A stretch of 64,000 nt of DNA from Macrostomum hystrix (lineage: Eukaryota > Animalia > Platyhelminthes). The stretch is from positions 310,001-374,000 of the forward strand of contig CATNEN010000030.1 of assembly GCA_950097015.1 (NCBI GenBank), read 5' to 3'. The notes under the pieces were generated by a model. It was not told where the DNA came from, made no database searches, and was given only the letters and a program-made list of their open reading frames with translations. The position numbers and the translations under genes are program-made. Within the stretch, counting starts at the first letter, position 1; every line of letters starts with the position of its first letter. Positions 1 to 13,424 of the stretch are shown here, one piece after another.

Positions 1-300
1 TAGACCCGCAGCCAGCGAGGAGGCAATTCTGCCCATTTCGCTGACTCTTGAGCACCCACGCACACAGTTACCGTAGGCAGGCACACACTCACACAGGTGT
101 GTACATCTGCCCTGACTTTCTCATCTTCAGGCAGTGTACACTTTCACTGTGCCTTGGAGGTTGGCCCTCAAGGGCGTACACTGCACGACAAGCCCCCAAG
201 CCTTCTCTCAGCGGCTGCGCCCCAAATAAATGTGGCCTCGCCGCGGAATCGAACTTAGGAACCTTGGTGCGAGAGGCAAACGCGTTGACCGCTCTGGCAC
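1..300 (-). mobile_element. tRNA-derived SINE family A, copy 1
   Basis: Reverse strand reads GTGCCAGAGCGG (A-box-like) ... AGTTCGATTCC (B-box), then the body GAGAAAGTCAGGGCAGATGTACACACCTGTGTG ... GGCAGAATTGCCTCCTCGCTGGCTG. The same body recurs at ~32390, ~49820, ~54010, ~55360 and ~61245. Confidence 0.8.
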
Positions 301-339
301 CGACCTCCTCGCTCCCTACCTTACATTCTCAAACCTAGA

Positions 340-413
340 TTCCCTACCCTACATTCCCTACCCTACATTCCCTACCCTACATTCCCTACCCTATATTCCC
401 TACCCCACATTCC
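340..413. repeat. 14-bp tandem repeat (TCCCTACCCTACAT)x~5
   Basis: Seen directly; ends ~50 nt before the bark acceptor at 463. Confidence 0.85.
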
Positions 414-463
414 AACGTCTTATGGTTCGAAAGTGTCATTTGAACTCCATCTCGTGACCCAAG

Positions 464-3400
464 GTGTCCGTGGACGAAGGTCGCAAGATGACCGAGCTGT
501 CAGTGACCGAGTCGGAGTTTTACTCGAACGTACAGCGCGGCCTGACGGTGGCCAATCCCTGGACTTACGTTGTGGTCCGCGAGAGCTCCTTCCGGGCTAA
601 TCTGTTTGACGCCGGTTTAAAAATTGTCAACGGCTCCAGTGACGTGTTCGTTAATAAAACCAATTTCCATGGCAACGAACGCGCCGGACTCAACATCACC
701 ACGGCTAGCGGCCTGCGAATTGTCAACGCCAGCACCTTCCAGTATCAGCAGGGCTTCGGCCTGGACGTTTGGCATCAGTACGAGAACCAGACCAGATTCG
801 GCACGCAAGGCTATCCTAGGCAGACGGAGGTGTTTACCTCCAACTTCAGCTGGAATGTTGAGGCCGCTGTCAGGTGAGTGATTGCTCAAACTTTTGTAGC
901 ATTCTGTGATAGCTCTGGGTATAGTTCTGATAGTTCTGGGTCATTAACAAGGAATAGTTCTGGGTCCTAAACAAGGAATAGTTCTGGGTCATAAACAAGG
1001 AATAGTTCTGGGTAATAAACAAGGAATAGTTATGGGTCATTAACAAGGAAGTTATGGGTCATGAGCAAGAAATAGTTCTGGGTCATAAATAAGGAATAGT
1101 TATGGGTCCTTAACAAGGAATAGTTCTGGGTCATAAACAAGGAATAGTTCTGGGTCATAAACAAGGAATAGTCCTGGGTCCTTAACAAGGAATAGTCCTG
1201 GGTCCTTAACAAGGAATAGTTCTGGGTCATTAACAAAGAATAGTTCTGGGTCATTAACAAGGAATAGTTCTGGGTCATTAACAAGGAATAGTTCTGGGTC
1301 ATTAACAAGGAATAGTTCTGGGTCATTAACAAGGAATAGTTATGGGTCATGAGCAAGAAACAGTTCTGGGTCATAAATAAGGAATAGTTATGGGTCCTTA
1401 ACAAGGAATAGTTATGGGTCATTAACAAGGAATAGTTCTGGATCATTAACAAGGAATAGTTCTGGGTCATTAACAAGGAATAGTTCTGGATCATTAACAA
1501 GGAATAGTTCTGGGTCATTAACAAGGAATAGTTCTGGGTCATGAGCAAGAAACAGTTCTGGGTCATAAATAAGGAATAGTTATGGGTCCTTAACAAGGAA
1601 TAGTTATGGGTCCTTAACAAGGAATAGTTATGGGTCCTTAACAAGGAATAGTTATGGGTCCTTAACAAGGAATAGTTATGGGTCATTAACAAGGAATAGT
1701 TCTGGGTCATTAACAAGGAATAGTTCTGGGTCATTAACAAGGAATAGTTCTGGGTCATTAACAAGGAATAGTTCTGGGTCATAAGCAAGGAATAGTTCTG
1801 GGTCATAAGCAAGGAATAGTTCTGGGTCATGAATTGCAAATGCTCAGCACGCAATCACTCTCCCACGTGACCTCAGATTCTACAACTCGTGCGACACTCA
1901 CAACATCGTGGTGAACAACAGCGACTTCCGTCAGAACCAGCGCCAGGCCATCATGGCATTCTCCTGCCTGTACAGCCCGCGCGGCGTCACCAACTTCACC
2001 GTAGCATTCAGCCAGTTCACGGAAAATGTGCGCAATTCAATAGAAGTGGCGCCAATGCTGAACATGATTGGCCGGTTGGCTAACAACACATTTGAGCAGC
2101 ACAATCGGTCTGTTGTACTCATCGATAACGGCATCGATTTTGTTCAGCAAAGAATTTACGCCTCAATGTCAGTGAAATATGCCGTTGAGTACAATATATT
2201 TCAAAACAATAGCGGCTATTTTGTGCTCAACGCTCGCCTGCTACTCAACAGTGTTGTGCAGAGTATCAGTATTATGTATAACAAATTTCTCGACAATGTC
2301 ATCAAGAAGGCACCGGGATTTCTGAACCCAAGGAGCAGCGTACAGGCTGTGGTCATTCTTAGCTCGGATCTGAACCAACTGGCGTTCTGTCGGAACTACA
2401 TCAACAATAGCCAGTCAGATTATGACATTGGCACGCATCTGATGTCGCCAATGTTGTACATTAATGCCACGCTAAATTTCTGGGGCACGCCCACCGATCT
2501 GAAAGTTGGCACCTGGGATAGCATGGCACCGTTGGTGTTCAATCGACTGTTTGATAAGATTGCCAGGTAAGGCTCTAGGAGTCTGCTGATTCTAAATGAA
2601 ATATTATTGTCGTTTAAATATTTTTCTTTTTCTAGAAATTTTTTACTAAACTTTTCTTGTTCTTGCTATCGTTCTTGTATAAAAGACCTTAATAATTAAA
2701 CCTACCAGTAATCCGGATAAAGACATTTTTACCAATATTACCATTTTATGTAGTCAAAACTATTGCTAACAGCTAAGTAGATATACACTAATCTACTAAA
2801 TGTACTTTTGAAGTAACTAAAAACGGCCCTTTTAGGGGTCAACTAAAACTCGCCCAATTTGAACAGTCCGGACTCTGTTGCTTGTAAATTAGAAGCTTTC
2901 TAGCATTTCATCTGTTTTAGATAATTTTAACTACTGCTAACAGCCAAGTAGACCAATCAAAGCGTAATTTTATGACGTTATTGATTATCAGAAAACGGCC
3001 CTTTTAAGGGTCCATACATCGTCGAAGATTTTATGCGTTGTATTTGAACGCCTAATTTAGTCGACTGTCTGAAGCTTGTAAATTAGACATATGAATTAGC
3101 CAAAAAGAGTGCGAAAGGGTTAAAATAATAAGTGTTTCCTTTATTGGCGCTATATTTTCAGGCTTATTGCTAAGCTTAGTACACGTCAGTGTTAGTTCTT
3201 ATTCTAGATAAATAAATAATCAATATATTTCAGATACACACTGGCCCAGGTTAAATACTGGCCCGTACTGAAAGAGCGCCTGCTAAACACGGACAAGAAC
3301 ACTTTCGACACGCCGGAGTATATCTACAAATTCCGAGAGGGCACCTCAACCGAGATTGGCGGCCCGATTCTGGACGATTTCATTAGCGTAGTCCAGTTGG

Positions 3401-6400
3401 AGTCCAGAGTGTTTAGGGTGAGGCAATCTGTCATATTGGTAAAAGTAGGCAAATGAACGATCAAATTCAATTCAATTTGCATTAAAATGTTGCGCAGGTG
3501 TCTCGCGATATTTTCATCCCAATGCGCAAGAAGCTCATTATCGAGCCTGGCGCTCGCCTCGAATTCGACAACTCTGTCGGCATCTTCATCGAAGGCTCCC
3601 TGGTTGTTGGCGGCAACGCCATCCAGCCCGTCACCTTCACCATGGGCCCGGAGAAGTACATCGGGAACCTGAACATGAGCTCATCTGCCAACGGAACTGC
3701 CAACAGCACGGATCCCAACGTCACCATTCGGCTAGTCGATGGCAGCAGTTTCACCGAGGGCCGCTTAGAGATTCGCGTCAACGGCGTCTGGGGCACCGTC
3801 TGCGATCGCGACTTTGAACTAGCCGAAGCCAACATCGCCTGCAACATGCTGGGCATGACGGCTCATCCTGCCGACTGGCAGATCCTGCCCGGCGAGCACC
3901 AGCCAGGTCCTGCCTCCATGCCCATCCTGCGCTCCGGCATCCAGTGCCAGCCCTGGGATCTGGACATTCGCGCCTGCCCGGCAGACGGGCCAGCAGATCA
4001 CGACTGCGACCACAGCCGGGATGTACACATCCGCTGCAAGCGGAAGGCCTGGGCCGGACTGCGCTTCACAGCCTCCAACGATCTCAGCACCGTCAACTAT
4101 TTGAATGTGGACTCTGGCGGCATGCTGGACTATTTCCGGATGTACTATTCACCTGGCGTGCAGGTAAGCGAAAATTTTTGAAACTTTTTTGCAAGCCTGT
4201 ACCGTGTCATGTGAGGGAGGCGTTAAGTGGTTGGCGTCCTTCTCTCGCGCCAATCATCTCTTGTTTGTTGACTCTTACCTTGACTGGCCCTTCCCTTCCC
4301 AACTCCAGGTTGACTACAACAAGCACCTGTTTCAAAACATTCGCGTCTCCAACTGTATGTCGCACGGTTTCGTCATTCTGCACAATGAACTATTTCGCGA
4401 CAATCGGCTTACAGACAGCCAGCTGACTGACAATCTGGGCAACGGGGTCCTGATCCGCAGCCCACTGGTCGGCCTGACCGCCTGCAACATGTCCGGCAAT
4501 CGGGGCTCCGGATTCGAGTACAATCCCGGCTTCACGGAGCAGGAGGCCTACGATTTTCGTTCTTCATTCCCGCCGGTGCGCAAGACTATGCTCACAAACC
4601 TGGCCGCGGCCCAGCCCTTCGAAGTGATTGGCATACAGTCCAGCGACACGGACTACCTGGTCACTAATCCCAGCGTGTCATCTGTGACTGGCACGTACAG
4701 AGTGGAGCTCCGCTCAGGCCAGCCGGAGCAGCGGCTCATCATCTCCGTGGTGGACTTCAACCCGAATCCAAACTGGGAGCGGGTCACAGTCTACGATGTA
4801 CGCGCACAGTCTGTTAATGTGAACTCGCCAAAGTGGCGAATCCCTGAGGACCTGGCGCTGTTCCCAGCCGTGTCCTCCGGTTCCTCGGTCACTGTGGAGT
4901 TTAAAGTCAACGGCCCGGTGACGGATCGGCTGGCGCTCATCGTCCAGTCCATGGACATGCGCGGCATGCCCGATGCCAACGTGCCGGATTATTATCCACC
5001 TACGAAGCTGCTGCTTGGCAACTGCCAGATGGTCGGCAACGTCAAGGGTATCTCGATTACACATTATAACGACGGCACGGACGATCAGGGCTCCAAGGTG
5101 TACATTAGGCGTCGCTTCGAGACCATTGAAATGACCAACCTGAACATTTCCAACAATCGCGACTTTGGACTTCACGTGCCCAGCGTTAGTCCGTTTCAGG
5201 TGAGACATTTCTGCGGTATTCTATCGACTGCCTGGGGTGTAGTTAAGTGGGCCTGCATCGGTGTAACTCAAATTCTGTTATTTTGCATACCCGCCTTGTA
5301 GAACGACTTATTCGCGCCGAGCTATGCCGAGGTGGACGAAGGCTCCTCGCGCATCGCTCGCATCCAGTACCGCATCAACAGCTGCCAGTTCACCGGCAAT
5401 GGTCAAGCCGTGTTCTCGGAGCACAATCACGTGCAGTACGCCAACAACCTGTGGAACTACACCATCACCGACTGTCTGTTCTCCGGCAACACTCGCGACG
5501 GTTTCGACATCGATTTCCCGTTTGTTAGCAAGAAATTCGACTGGCGCTACGAAGAGGACCTCACGCACTATGTCACGTTTCGAAACAACCGCTTCACAGC
5601 CAACACCAACACCAGCATGGTGATTCGTGGCTACAATGCCGACATTAAAATCACCAACAGCGAGTTCACTAACAATCGTTGCCTAAGGCGGAGTCTAATC
5701 CGATTAGCCGGCATGGAGAAGAGAGTCGTCATCACTGCCAACACAATCACTGGCAATGTGAACTGCACCGCTCTAGTCGACTTTGACATCATCTCGCAGA
5801 CTGAATTCTCCACGTTGGTCCCGGCCAGCGTCACTAGGAACACGATTCGCGGAAACACCTGTCCGCCATCCACTGACCCAGACGGTGTGCTTGACTCGTC
5901 AACACCTACTTGCTCGGCCGTTAGCGTTCAAGGCATTCAGGACGTGCTAGTGCAACGAAACATCATCAGCAATGGCTACCAAATTGAGCTGATCGCTGGC
6001 TTGTTGTCCACCAGCATCATCAACAACTTCAACTGCACCGAGAACTACTGGGGCACCGTCGACATCGAAACGATCCGATCACGCATCTTTGACTACGACA
6101 GCTGGAACAATTTTGCTGTAGCCGTCTTTAGCCGCTTCCTGCTGACCGAGTCGCTGGACGCCGCCGTCAGCTCGGCTGTCGTGCCGCCAAGGAGCATCGA
6201 TTTCAGCCGGCCATTTGGTGGTCGCATCCAGCAGAACACGCGCTTGCCTTGGCGCCGAACGCCCTACCTAGTGAATCGCGACATCACCGTGATGCCCGGT
6301 GTGACGCTCAGCATTGATGCCGGAGTTGAGCTGCAGTTTTATCCCAATGTTGGCATCCTGGTCTTGGGCAGAATCGACGCAACGGGCTCCTTTGCTTCAC

Positions 6401-9400
6401 CCATCAGCATGCGCCCAGTTGTCAAAGCGAACGCCGCCGCGGCTGCTGGACGCAGACGGCGACGTCGAGAGACTACGACAAGCTCAACTGCCGAGTACTA
6501 TAACAAGTACACGGAGCCTCAGCTGAAAAATGGCGCCGTGAAAGTGTCCCTGGAGAAGAACGGCATTCGACTGGTGGCCGGTCGCATTGACAACGAAGGA
6601 TTCGTGCAGTTCTACAACAGCACCGCGGCCAGGTAGGCTTGCTATGATCAAAAGCCAGATCGTTACAAGTCTCACTATGGTCTTGAATTTGAACCATTTG
6701 ACTTTTTAAATAAAATGGCAAAAGTAAGGTGTGTTGGCTGAAAATTAAAAATAATTGATTACACCTGCCCCGATCGTGCCCCGATCGGGCCAGGTGTGCA
6801 GCCGACAGCACAGCCGCGGCTATTGCGCGGCGCATCTGAAGGTTGCAAACGGCTGTTCAGTCTATGGACTGGGGGGACGCCACACCCACCCTCAATTACC
6901 CCCAGCTAATGCTGGTACCCATTTAACAGCTGTGTGAACTGAAGCAATGCAATTTGAGCAATTCTAAAGGACACAAATTGTTCCAGTGGAGTAGGGATTC
7001 GAACCGCCACCGACCTTCAATTCGTGAATCCGACACTCTAGCGGCGCCAGCTTGGCTACGCTCGTACGAGTACAACCCCCACGTGAGATGAGTAACATGT
7101 GAAACTCTCTTAAACAAGATCCTTGAGCTCGAATCCGCACCTTAGGCCAAGGTAATGTCGTGCACTGCGGGATGATAAAAGATCAGGGTAGATGTTCCCA
7201 TTGTACACAAGTGTGAGTGTGTGTCTGCCTAACTTATTTGCTTATGTTGTCAGAGGTTAGCGGAAGGGGCACAATCGCCTTCTCGCTGGCTGTAATAAAA
7301 AGATAATTATTAATAATCTTTTAAATTCACCTTAATGGTGCAAAGTTTTCTGATCAAATCACCATACTCAACTTAACCCAGATGGGACATCGCGTGCGAC
7401 AATCAATTCTCCGAGGAGGTTGGTCGTGTTGTCTGTCGCGAACTCGGTGTCGAGACATTTAATGTAATTGTTCGCGAGACCTATCTGTACGATCACTATG
7501 TGTACGGCTTCGACAACCAGTTTGTGCGCAAGTACTTCTGGATGCGCACTTACAACTGCAAGGGCACCGAGCGGAGCCGGGCAGAGTGCACCGAACGGCT
7601 CAACTACGACTCTGTGATGTGCGGCCAGCGTCGTGGCTACATATTCCTTCGCTGCGGCCAGTCCAACCTTCAGCCCGGTGAGACCTACTGGGGCAGCATC
7701 CGGGTGGCCCACCCGGCAGTGGAACAGTCAAGTCCCATCTCCGGGGAGCCGTCGCAGTTTCGCTACGTCAACATTTATGGGGCCGGTGTACTTCACCGGC
7801 AAAAGGTGGCGGCCATCCAGACTACCTATCAGTACCCTCTGTTCGACACCGTCACAATTACCAACTGCGCTAGTGACGGTTACAAAATCATTGCGCCCAG
7901 GCGGTTTGTGCGCGTTGGCAATACAACTGTGCGCGACAACTTGGGCACCGGCTACTCTATGATTGTTCTCAACGGCGACTCGGCCGACCCGGCAACCACC
8001 CCGCTGGTGAGCTTCAATCCGCTAGTCGAGAGCAGCATTCCCTACAGTCTGGTTGGCCTGGTGGACATCTGCGATATGCGCAAGGACATGATTGTGGTGG
8101 ACCGGCTGTTGGTCTTCTACAAGTACTCTTACGAGACCAGAGCCTGCACTAAACTGTTCCGCTCGCAGGTCAGCGCCAAGCGGGTGGCCCTTCGGTTCCT
8201 GCAGATTCAACTCTACTACGATCCGTTCAGTAAAAACTCAATAGAATTGTTCAACGGCGATCGATTTAACACTACGGAACTGCTAGCCGAGATCACAGCC
8301 GCCAACATGACCAACCCGAACGACCGTCGGAGGACGTTTAGAACCACAGCAGCCTACGACACTCTGGGCATTCACCTTCACGCCTCAAGTGCCGCTCCGA
8401 CTAACGGCTTCATTGCCGAGGTTGTCACGCTCCCGCTTAGCCCGGACAAGACCTACCCAGACCTGAACAACTTCATGGAGCACTATGTGCGACAGTCGGT
8501 CTTCACTAACAACCAGGAGGGCGGCGTTCACTACAGCGGCGTTGGCGAGATTAATCCCGACTTTGTGGCTCACTTTAACCAGTTTGAGAGGAACGGATTA
8601 GACATTCTCAACTTGACCAGCCGGCCTGTGCTCTTTGCTCAGATGCAGAACGGTCGCTATCTGGATGTGTCAAACAACCTTGTGAGTGCATATAGTGTCT
8701 GTGCGTGCATAACTTAACTTATTTATCAAAGGAAAACAATTAACTAATTTTTAGCATGTTTGTAGATTCAGAATCTTAAAGAACATGTTCCATTTTCTCG
8801 GCTGAATATACTTTTTTTAATACAATATACATAATACTACTAAGAGTAGTACTTTGTAGTTTCTCAGAAACCATGAAATCACTATTAAAAAACTTCACCA
8901 CACGCAGGTGTTGAACAACTTCGGCGGCATGCAATTCGACATGTGGTGCACCGGCTTGTCCAAATCGGCCAAATCTAACATCACGAACAATGCCATCGTT
9001 CGGAACACCCACGGCGGCGGCCTGTGGATTAGCGGAAATCACTACAATCTGTTCAAGGTCACCGACAATTTCTTCGAATCGAATATGGCCGAGATGCGAG
9101 ATCTAGTCAGCATTCAAGGTGTGTTAATGAAACCGTTCGCTAGGAACTATTTCCATCGCAACGTGGCTGGCTACATCATGAACGCGTCCGGGCCCGAGGA
9201 TCTATCCACAATGAACGATTTCTCCTGGAACGGGTTCTACCAGAATCAGGCCCTTAACTGGACTCGCCGATCCACCGTTTTTCTTGGCAGCTCCAAGCAT
9301 CAGTTCCGCAATAACTATTTCCGCAATTTGGCTAATAACTTCGAGATCGCCACTGGCAACATGTCGATCATCTACTATGCTAACATTGACACTAACGGCA

Positions 9401-10962
9401 ACTGCCTGGCCGAACCCTGGGCCTGCAAAGAGGGCTGGGTCAAACGGCTCGATCTTTACAAGTGCGTCTGCTATCGGCTGGACAAAATCGACGCCCGCTA
9501 CAACTGGTGGGGCGAGCCGTACAGTTTCTACGCACCCGGCCGGCTGTGGGATAACGCCGATGATCCCTACATTATCAGCATTGACTACAGCAACTTTTAC
9601 ACTGATAATAGTTCTGTGCTGGAGAGTCCACAGTGTCCGCCAACGTTCAATGTCTCTAACAGAAATTGCTATTGGTGGTTCGGCGCTCCGCTTAGCTACG
9701 ATCGCGCTAAACTATTCTGTCAGAATGAAATCAGCGGCGTTATGGGCGATAGTCGCGACAGCATCCAGTTTATGACTAACCTTATGGCTAGCAGCCAGAA
9801 CAACTACGAATGGATCAATCGGTATGCTTGGACCACGCGCGGTTGGGTCTACAGCGAGCAGCCTTTCCCAGCCGCCTGTCCAGTTGTTCGCAACAACTGG
9901 CTCGAAGGCTTCCCCTGCGACACGCCGACCTCGTTTTTCTGCCAGGTCTCACCGTCTGGCACTCTGCGCACCATGGAGACGGCTGTCATGGCCTCCATTG
10001 GCTCAATCCTAGCGCTGTTCCTCCTGCTGGCCCTAGTGCTGCTGATCCTGTGGGCCTACAAGTCGCGCCAGCGTCAGAAAGCTCGCATGGTTCGACGGGA
10101 GAACTATCGCGCCACGATGAAATCGTCTCGCAGTGCTGGCGTGCTTGGTGGCACCGCTGTCACCCAGCAGGAGTACCTGAGCGGCGGCTCGCGGAGCAGT
10201 ACCGGGCTGGGATTCTATACCCTGCAGAGCGGCGTACCGATGTCAGATTACCGACCGCCAGCTGACGCGCAGTCGGTTGTGACCGGCTACACTGGCGCCG
10301 GTTTCAACAGCCGGCGCGAGTTGGACCGCGGCATCCGTCTAGCGGACTCCGTGGACACGCTGGATCGGGCCAAAGTCGAGGAGCTGCAGAGCGCCTCTTC
10401 CGCTGCTAGCTCGGACGCTTCGTCGTCTGTTTATCGACCCTCTCTGGGTGTCTCTCTCGGCGCTCCGCCAACCACACTTAGCGGCGGTCGCCGATTTATG
10501 ATCGAGAACCAGATTCCGGAGGCCGAGACTCCTCAACTGAGCGGCGCCGCTGCGGCCGCCCCACCCCGCATCCGCATGGGAACCGGCGGCGTAGGCGGCG
10601 GTCCGCCCGATCACATGCGCCGCAATAAGCAGACGCTGTCCCGCCCGGCCACCAACCCGATGCAGACCCGCCATCCACAAGCTGCACCGCCCAATGTGTC
10701 ATCACAGCAGCAGTACCAGCCTCCTTCATCCTTGAGCGGTCGTCAGCAGCGTGGTGATTTTGACTCTGAGTTTGAAGACGACGATGATCAGGAAGGCAAG
10801 ACTTCTAGCGACGAGTTGACACCGACCTCGGTGCCGCAGCAGCAGCAACAGCAGCAGCAGCAGCAGCCGCGCCCGGCCTACCTGCATCAGCCGCGTCGCA
10901 GCCTCGGTCGTACGGTTGACGACACCAAACGGTTCGCCTCGGCCGGAGAGTCAGATATTTAA
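464..10962 (+). CDS. bark: Protein bark beetle / Anakonda homolog (tricellular septate-junction type I membrane protein), 5' end lies upstream of the window
   Basis: Phase-consistent GT-AG exons: 464-873, 1877-2566, 3234-3417, 3498-4163, 4309-5199, 5302-6632, 7382-8681, 8908-10962 (TAA). Asn-rich beta-helix repeats (F..N..N), SRCR domains (IRLVDGSSFTEGRLEIRVNGVWGTVCD ~3725; RLVAGRIDNEGFVQF|RWDIACD ~6570-7400), CUB-like segments, recurring NYWG/NFWG motifs, C-type lectin (CPPTFNVSNRNCYW ~9635), TM (IGSILALFLLLALVLLILWAY ~10000), low-complexity tail ending ESDI. This repeated architecture is characteristic of the Bark/Anakonda family. Confidence 0.9.
925..1830. repeat. 24-bp minisatellite (TTAACAAGGAATAGTTCTGGGTCA)n filling a bark intron
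   Basis: Seen directly; occupies ~90% of intron 874-1876 and explains the spurious MTQNYSLL ORF. Confidence 0.97.
6745..7065 (-). mobile_element. tRNA-derived CORE-like SINE family B, copy 1
   Basis: Minus strand: B-box GGTTCGAATCC (6995-7005), then GTGTCCTTTAG...TTGCTTCAGTTCACACAGCTGTTAAATGGGTACC resembling the CORE domain (MIR: GCCTCAGTTTCCTCATCTGTAAAATGGG). AT-rich tail. Second copy at ~58970-59160. Confidence 0.75.
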
Positions 10963-11569
10963 ATAATTTTAACACTTTTTTTCGGGTTTGTTTATACATC
11001 TTTCTCGTGGCATTGTTCGTACCAAAGAGAGCCAAAATGAAACTATTTTAAGCTAGTAAGACTTATCGAAGACTAAATTCGGGTTCGCGTATTGAGTACG
11101 GTAAAAAATACTTCTGTAGGTAAGCTCTTGGTCAGCTCTACATTCCAAATGTTGCCCGATTTCCCTATTGATTATTTAAGAAGATGATCACAAATTTTTT
11201 TATTGCTTATAGGATTTTATGATTATAATCTAATAGCATAGTTATATAAATATTATAAATGACAGATTTTTTGGACTGTGTCGTAATACGAGTAATTGCG
11301 TAGTTCAAACAGTGCTTTACTTTTGTCATGCCCCGCTAATGCTGCACTCAATTCATTTATACTGAGTGTCGGTCTAATTGCACTTACAACCGTTTTTCTA
11401 TTGTTTGCTTTTAAATGCATGATGCAAGTGTATATATTCAAGTACCATACTTTATCGTTCTTACCATTTGTTTCTAATTCTATAATGTTTCAGAATATGA
11501 GCGGAGCTTTTTATATCAGTAAGTCGCTTTTTATATACAGTCCGCCTATTCAGAAAGAATGAAGTTTCT

Positions 11570-11850
11570 TATTGCGCCCCTTATCAGTTGGGGTCAGGGG
11601 AGTCCGCCTTCAAGAAAGTGTGAAGTTCTTTTTATGGCGCCCCTTATCAGTTGGGGTCAGGGGAGTCCGCCTTCTAGAAAGTGTGAAGTTTTTTTTATGG
11701 CGCCCCTTATCAGTTGGGGTCAGGGGAGTCCGCCTTCTAGAAAGTGTGAAGTTCTTTTTATGGCGCCCCTTATCAGTTGGGGTCAGGGGAGTCCGCCTTC
11801 TAGAAAGTGTGAAGTTCTTTTTATGGCGCCCCTTATAAGTTGGGGTCAGG
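11570..11850. repeat. 63-bp minisatellite, ~4.4 copies
   Basis: Unit TTTTTATGGCGCCCCTTATCAGTTGGGGTCAGGGGAGTCCGCCTTCTAGAAAGTGTGAAGTTC seen directly. Confidence 0.95.
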
Positions 11851-13224
11851 GCAGAAAGCACCCTAGATTTTATCAATTCATTCAGAAGTTTGTGGTGCCA
11901 AGCTTGTCTCATGCTAGTATCTGAGAGCTAGCTGCGCAAATCGTATTTGGGGCTAGCTGTACTGCGTTCTCGTAATTTTTGTATCATTCCATGCTTACTT
12001 CTTGAACACTTTCCATTCTAAATTTTACCACACGTTTTTATGCAAAAAATATGTACATGTCTACATGGGCTTCTTTTGATGTTAAAAACAATTTCGCAAT
12101 GACTTTATATGTTAAGCATATAACTTGAAGCCAATCGATTTGCCGTGACTGTAGTCGTGCTGCAACTCTTGTTTGTGGCTCTATTTGCTTTAGCTGTTTT
12201 ACTCGTATAATTATACTATTGTGCTGTGTATTTACTATTCGATCTAGGCTGTTCGGGTTGCTAAATGATCATGAAATATACTTGTTTATCGATAATTTCA
12301 TGCGATGACCTACTAAATAACTCAAATGATTGCTAATGAGGATGTTTTCTTTGCGTGCAGTTCACAGAACCACACACATGTAACACTGAGGTTGACTGCT
12401 TTGTGAAAGCATCGCAGAAATCTTTTGAGCCATTGAGCATAATTAAGCGTGGATCGTATTCTCAGTAGCTAAGACCTCAGTAAAGCTCACTGCAAATAAC
12501 AAGTGTCCACCTGTGCCTGTTTGAGATTCGTTCGTCCCAATGATCCCGGCCCCAGCCCTCTCTGGGCGGAAAGACGCTAAAAGTTAATTAAAAGAAGTAA
12601 GATAGAGAATAAAGGGATTGAAGGGCAAAGCCCCATCTGATTTCCTTTAGTAGCAACACCGCACCGGGGCGCAGGGGCCAGGAAGGGAAAATGGGGAAGA
12701 ACACGGGGAGAGAAAGGCCTCAACCCGCGGGTCAGGGCAGCCTAGAAAGACTATTTTCAATCAAGAGGTTGGGAATGGGAGAGCAGGGAAAGCAATGAGC
12801 CGTCTTGCATGCTGGTATTAAAGCGTTGCCGCCACCCCCCACACTCAGGTGTAGCGCGCGCGTCTTCGCATCTCTGCCGCGTGTATGCAGTGCGTCTACT
12901 TTATTTCATCTCCTTTGACGAATTTGATTAAATCCGTATAGACTAGAGACTCCTGCTCAACCGAATGCGTGACATCGCAGCTCTCAGGGCTCCGGTGTTC
13001 GACGTCTGCTGCATGCGCCTATTTCTACACCGTCATTTCATCTAATCTCTTTCCCTCTTTTTACCTAGTTTGTTATCCTTTGTTATTGTTGTTGTGCGTG
13101 CGTGCACTGTAGTGTTTTGTCTTAACACCTGACCCTTAAAACATATGCTCATATACTTTCTAGTATTCAGATGAATGATAATGAGACTGGTTTTTCTGGG
13201 AATGTCTGATATTAGCACAAAATC

Positions 13225-13350
13225 ACGTGTGACACGTGTACATACCTCTTTTACAGCTGTGACACATGTACATATCATTCTGACAGCTTTGACACATGTA
13301 AATATCATTTTGACAGCTGTGACAAAAGTACATTACTTTTTGACAGCTTT
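13225..13350. repeat. Degenerate 30-bp tandem repeat (TGACAGCTGTGACACATGTACATATCATTC)
   Basis: About 4 diverged copies. Confidence 0.75.
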
Positions 13351-13424
13351 GACACAAAATTGCGAAAAATAATTTTTGCGCAAATTTAGATTTTCAAGAT
13401 TTTCTTACAAGCGTAGTGTAGTAT

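Noticed and set aside
1030-1854. 274-aa MTQNYSLL-repeat ORF
   Set aside because: Translation of a 24-bp intronic minisatellite; bark exons splice across it in phase.
617-10729. Numerous short alternate-frame and antisense ORFs over bark (and similarly over the VFT and BMPER exons)
   Set aside because: Shadows of GC-rich coding sequence; the exceptions are the frames used to bridge the frameshifts.
12540-13020. Purine-skewed, GC-rich block resembling a retroelement UTR
   Set aside because: No second copy, TSD or ORF found in the window; cannot be classified.
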